In this document: in pieces, positions 63,433 through 64,000 of the stretch
Position numbering within the stretch: position 1 is the first letter of the stretch
Layout: every line of letters begins with the position of its first letter
Assembly (NCBI GenBank): GCA_951406725.2
Contig: OX597827.1
Coordinates: 34,844,001-34,908,000 of the forward strand
DNA: 64,000 bases
Direction of reading: 5' to 3'
From: Octopus vulgaris
Taxonomy: Eukaryota
Notes under the pieces: generated by a model
Databases searched by the model: none
The model's input: the letters and a program-made list of their open reading frames with translations, nothing else
What the model was told of the DNA's origin: nothing
Program-made: the position numbers and the translations under genes

Positions 63433-64000
63433 GTGGAAATTTCAAAGTGAAGATTTTAAGATTTGGTGTAGTGATGTAATTTTTCACGTTGAATCTCGGG
63501 GGATATTTAACTTTTCCCAGAAAATTTTAAAAAGAAAGTTACAAAGATTTAAAATTTAATAATCTTTACCCAGTCAGAGAACAGGATTTGGAAGCTGTCA
63601 TTTAATGCGTGACAGCACGTGTTGTCAACTGTAAACAAATGAAATATTGGCGGAATTCTGCTTTGCGCACGTCATATAACCCCTCATAACTTTTTCATTT
63701 TTGGGAATTTTCAGAAAACTTTGCGAATTTGTATTCTACACACGGGAATTTATACGATTATGTAATAATAAAGAAATTGGTGCGTGATTTAAGGCCTACT
63801 TAGCTATTATTTTTAGCAAATCTTCACAACCATCATTTAATAAGCGAAAAATGACTGCATGAGTAAATAATTTGAGAACAGCTTGGCTTGTTACTATGGA
63901 AACAAGCAAGAATGTATCTGTGTAAAGTTACCCCAAATTTGCAAACTTTAAAAACTATTAACTCTTTATTTCTTGATTAATGGCGAAAATGAATTTCATG

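Overview
AT-rich, repeat-dense animal genomic DNA, most likely octopus/cephalopod (inferred from the tRNA-derived SINE families, (TGA)n-tailed RTE LINEs and tandem C2H2 genes; not verified by search). The only credible host genes are two minus-strand C2H2 zinc-finger genes, each with a single coding exon (1807-2856; 22467-23690). The rest is transposon-derived: RTE, R4/Dong, Tx1/L1 and CR1-like LINE pieces, a Penelope-like fragment, a Tc1 element, piggyBac-, mariner- and Merlin-type MITEs, many SINEs, a Helitron nest and a Gypsy integrase fragment. Most notable: (1) an LTR-like end followed by a 36-nt copy of the mature tRNA-Trp 3' end including CCA (47197-47232), twice a normal PBS; (2) a 615-bp fold-back duplication of a Gypsy integrase; (3) a 5.3-kb nested inverted Helitron array; (4) a microhomology-flanked templated insertion copying a chimeric TE junction; (5) a covarying hairpin array in RTE 3' UTRs; (6) ZNF1 recognition helices that, by the canonical code, predict the RTE (TGA)n tail. 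All calls and counts were made by eye, and repeat boundaries are approximate.
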